Positions 27,084-27,724 of a stretch of 27,724 bases of DNA are shown piece by piece. The stretch is from Stellaceae bacterium. Lineage in GTDB: Bacteria > Pseudomonadota > Alphaproteobacteria > ATCC43930 > CGMCC-115725. The DNA is taken from positions 1 to 27,724 of the forward strand of contig DATAQP010000172.1 of the NCBI GenBank assembly GCA_036264595.1. The letters are read 5' to 3'. How positions within the stretch are numbered: the stretch's first letter is position 1; each line of letters starts with the position of its first letter. Under the pieces are notes generated by a model, which was given only the letters and a program-made list of their open reading frames with translations, was not told the origin of the DNA and searched no databases. The position numbers were made by a program, and so were the translations under genes.

Positions 27084-27724
27084 CACATCACCTCCTTCAG
27101 CGCGGCGAGCGTCGCCGCGGGATCTTCCAGCATCATCATGTGGCCGCTGCCTTGCAGCACGACGCTGCGCCCGTCGCGGAAGGCGCGGGCGAAGGCGACC
27201 GCCTTGCCGGGCGGCGTCATGCGGTCGTCGGCGCCGAGCAGCAGCAAGGTCGGACAGCTCACCGCCGCGGCCGCCTCGGCGGCGCCGCGATAGGCGTCGC
27301 AGGCGGCAAGATCCCTCGCCAGCACCGCGGCATCGGCGCGCTCCAGCAGGCGCAAGGCGGCGCCCGTGAGCCAGAGCCCGGGCGCCGCGTTGGCGCCGAG
27401 CTGGGCCTGCCGCCCGACCGCCCAGGTGACCATGAGATCGACGGCGTTGTGCGCCCCGCTCGCCGCCTCGGCGAGAAGATCGGGATGCACCGGCATCAGC
27501 GGCGCGACGCCGAGCAGCGCCAGGGTGGCGATGCGATCGGGCGCCCGCCCCGCCGCCGCCAGCGCGGCGAGCGCACCCATCGAATGCCCGACGAGCGACG
27601 CTCGCCTGGCGCCGACCGCATCGAGCGCGGCGAGGACGCAGCCCGCCAGCGCCTCGATGCTGGCAAGGCCGGGCCCGGCGCTGCGCCCGCGACCGGGCAG
27701 GTCGATGGCAAGGACGTTGCGGCG
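27083..27724 (-). CDS. Alpha/beta hydrolase, 5'-truncated by the window edge
   Basis: Frame open to the edge: VLAIDLPGRGRS...SLVGHSMG (nucleophile), LLGADDRMTP (acid), GSGHMMMLE (His). Confidence 0.9.
   Translation of the reverse strand, partial: RRNVLAIDLPGRGRSAGPGLASIEALAGCVLAALDAVGARRASLVGHSMGALAALAAAGRAPDRIATLALLGVAPLMPVHPDLLAEAASGAHNAVDLMVTWAVGRQAQLGANAAPGLWLTGAALRLLERADAAVLARDLAACDAYRGAAEAAAAVSCPTLLLLGADDRMTPPGKAVAFARAFRDGRSVVLQGSGHMMMLEDPAATLAALKEVM

Overview
High-GC alphaproteobacterial chromosomal window (inferred from gene content and order; Rhodospirillales-like), mostly housekeeping. Minus strand, left arm: zauP-like coiled coil, zapA, 6S RNA, YmdB/TIGR00282 phosphoesterase, yebC, ruvCAB, ybgC, tolQ, tolR and a truncated tolA. 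Plus strand: tkt, gap, a degenerate class II aldolase-like domain running in frame into class I aldolase fbaB, thiE, an enoyl-CoA hydratase and a secreted alpha/beta hydrolase. A variable block follows: orphan TonB-like gene, VOC protein, cupin, epmA, then a ~2.3 kb islet of small lipoprotein/peptide genes. Four of these each lie downstream of a GGAAC-N16/17-CGTT-like promoter (general stress sigma EcfG type). After that come efp, suhB, a three-gene non-flagellar OmpA-like/MotA-like/MotB-like module, rpmE, rcdA-like DUF1465, an RpoH- and ROSE-controlled small heat-shock gene, a thioesterase whose C-terminus is encoded by a nested palindromic repeat, and a truncated alpha/beta hydrolase. No CRISPR array, tRNA, rRNA, transposase or integrase was seen. 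The best candidates for undescribed biology are the orphan MotAB/ZorAB-like envelope motor module, the putative general-stress lipoprotein islet, and the aldolase-like domain read-through. All family calls come from recognising motifs by eye; no database searches were run.
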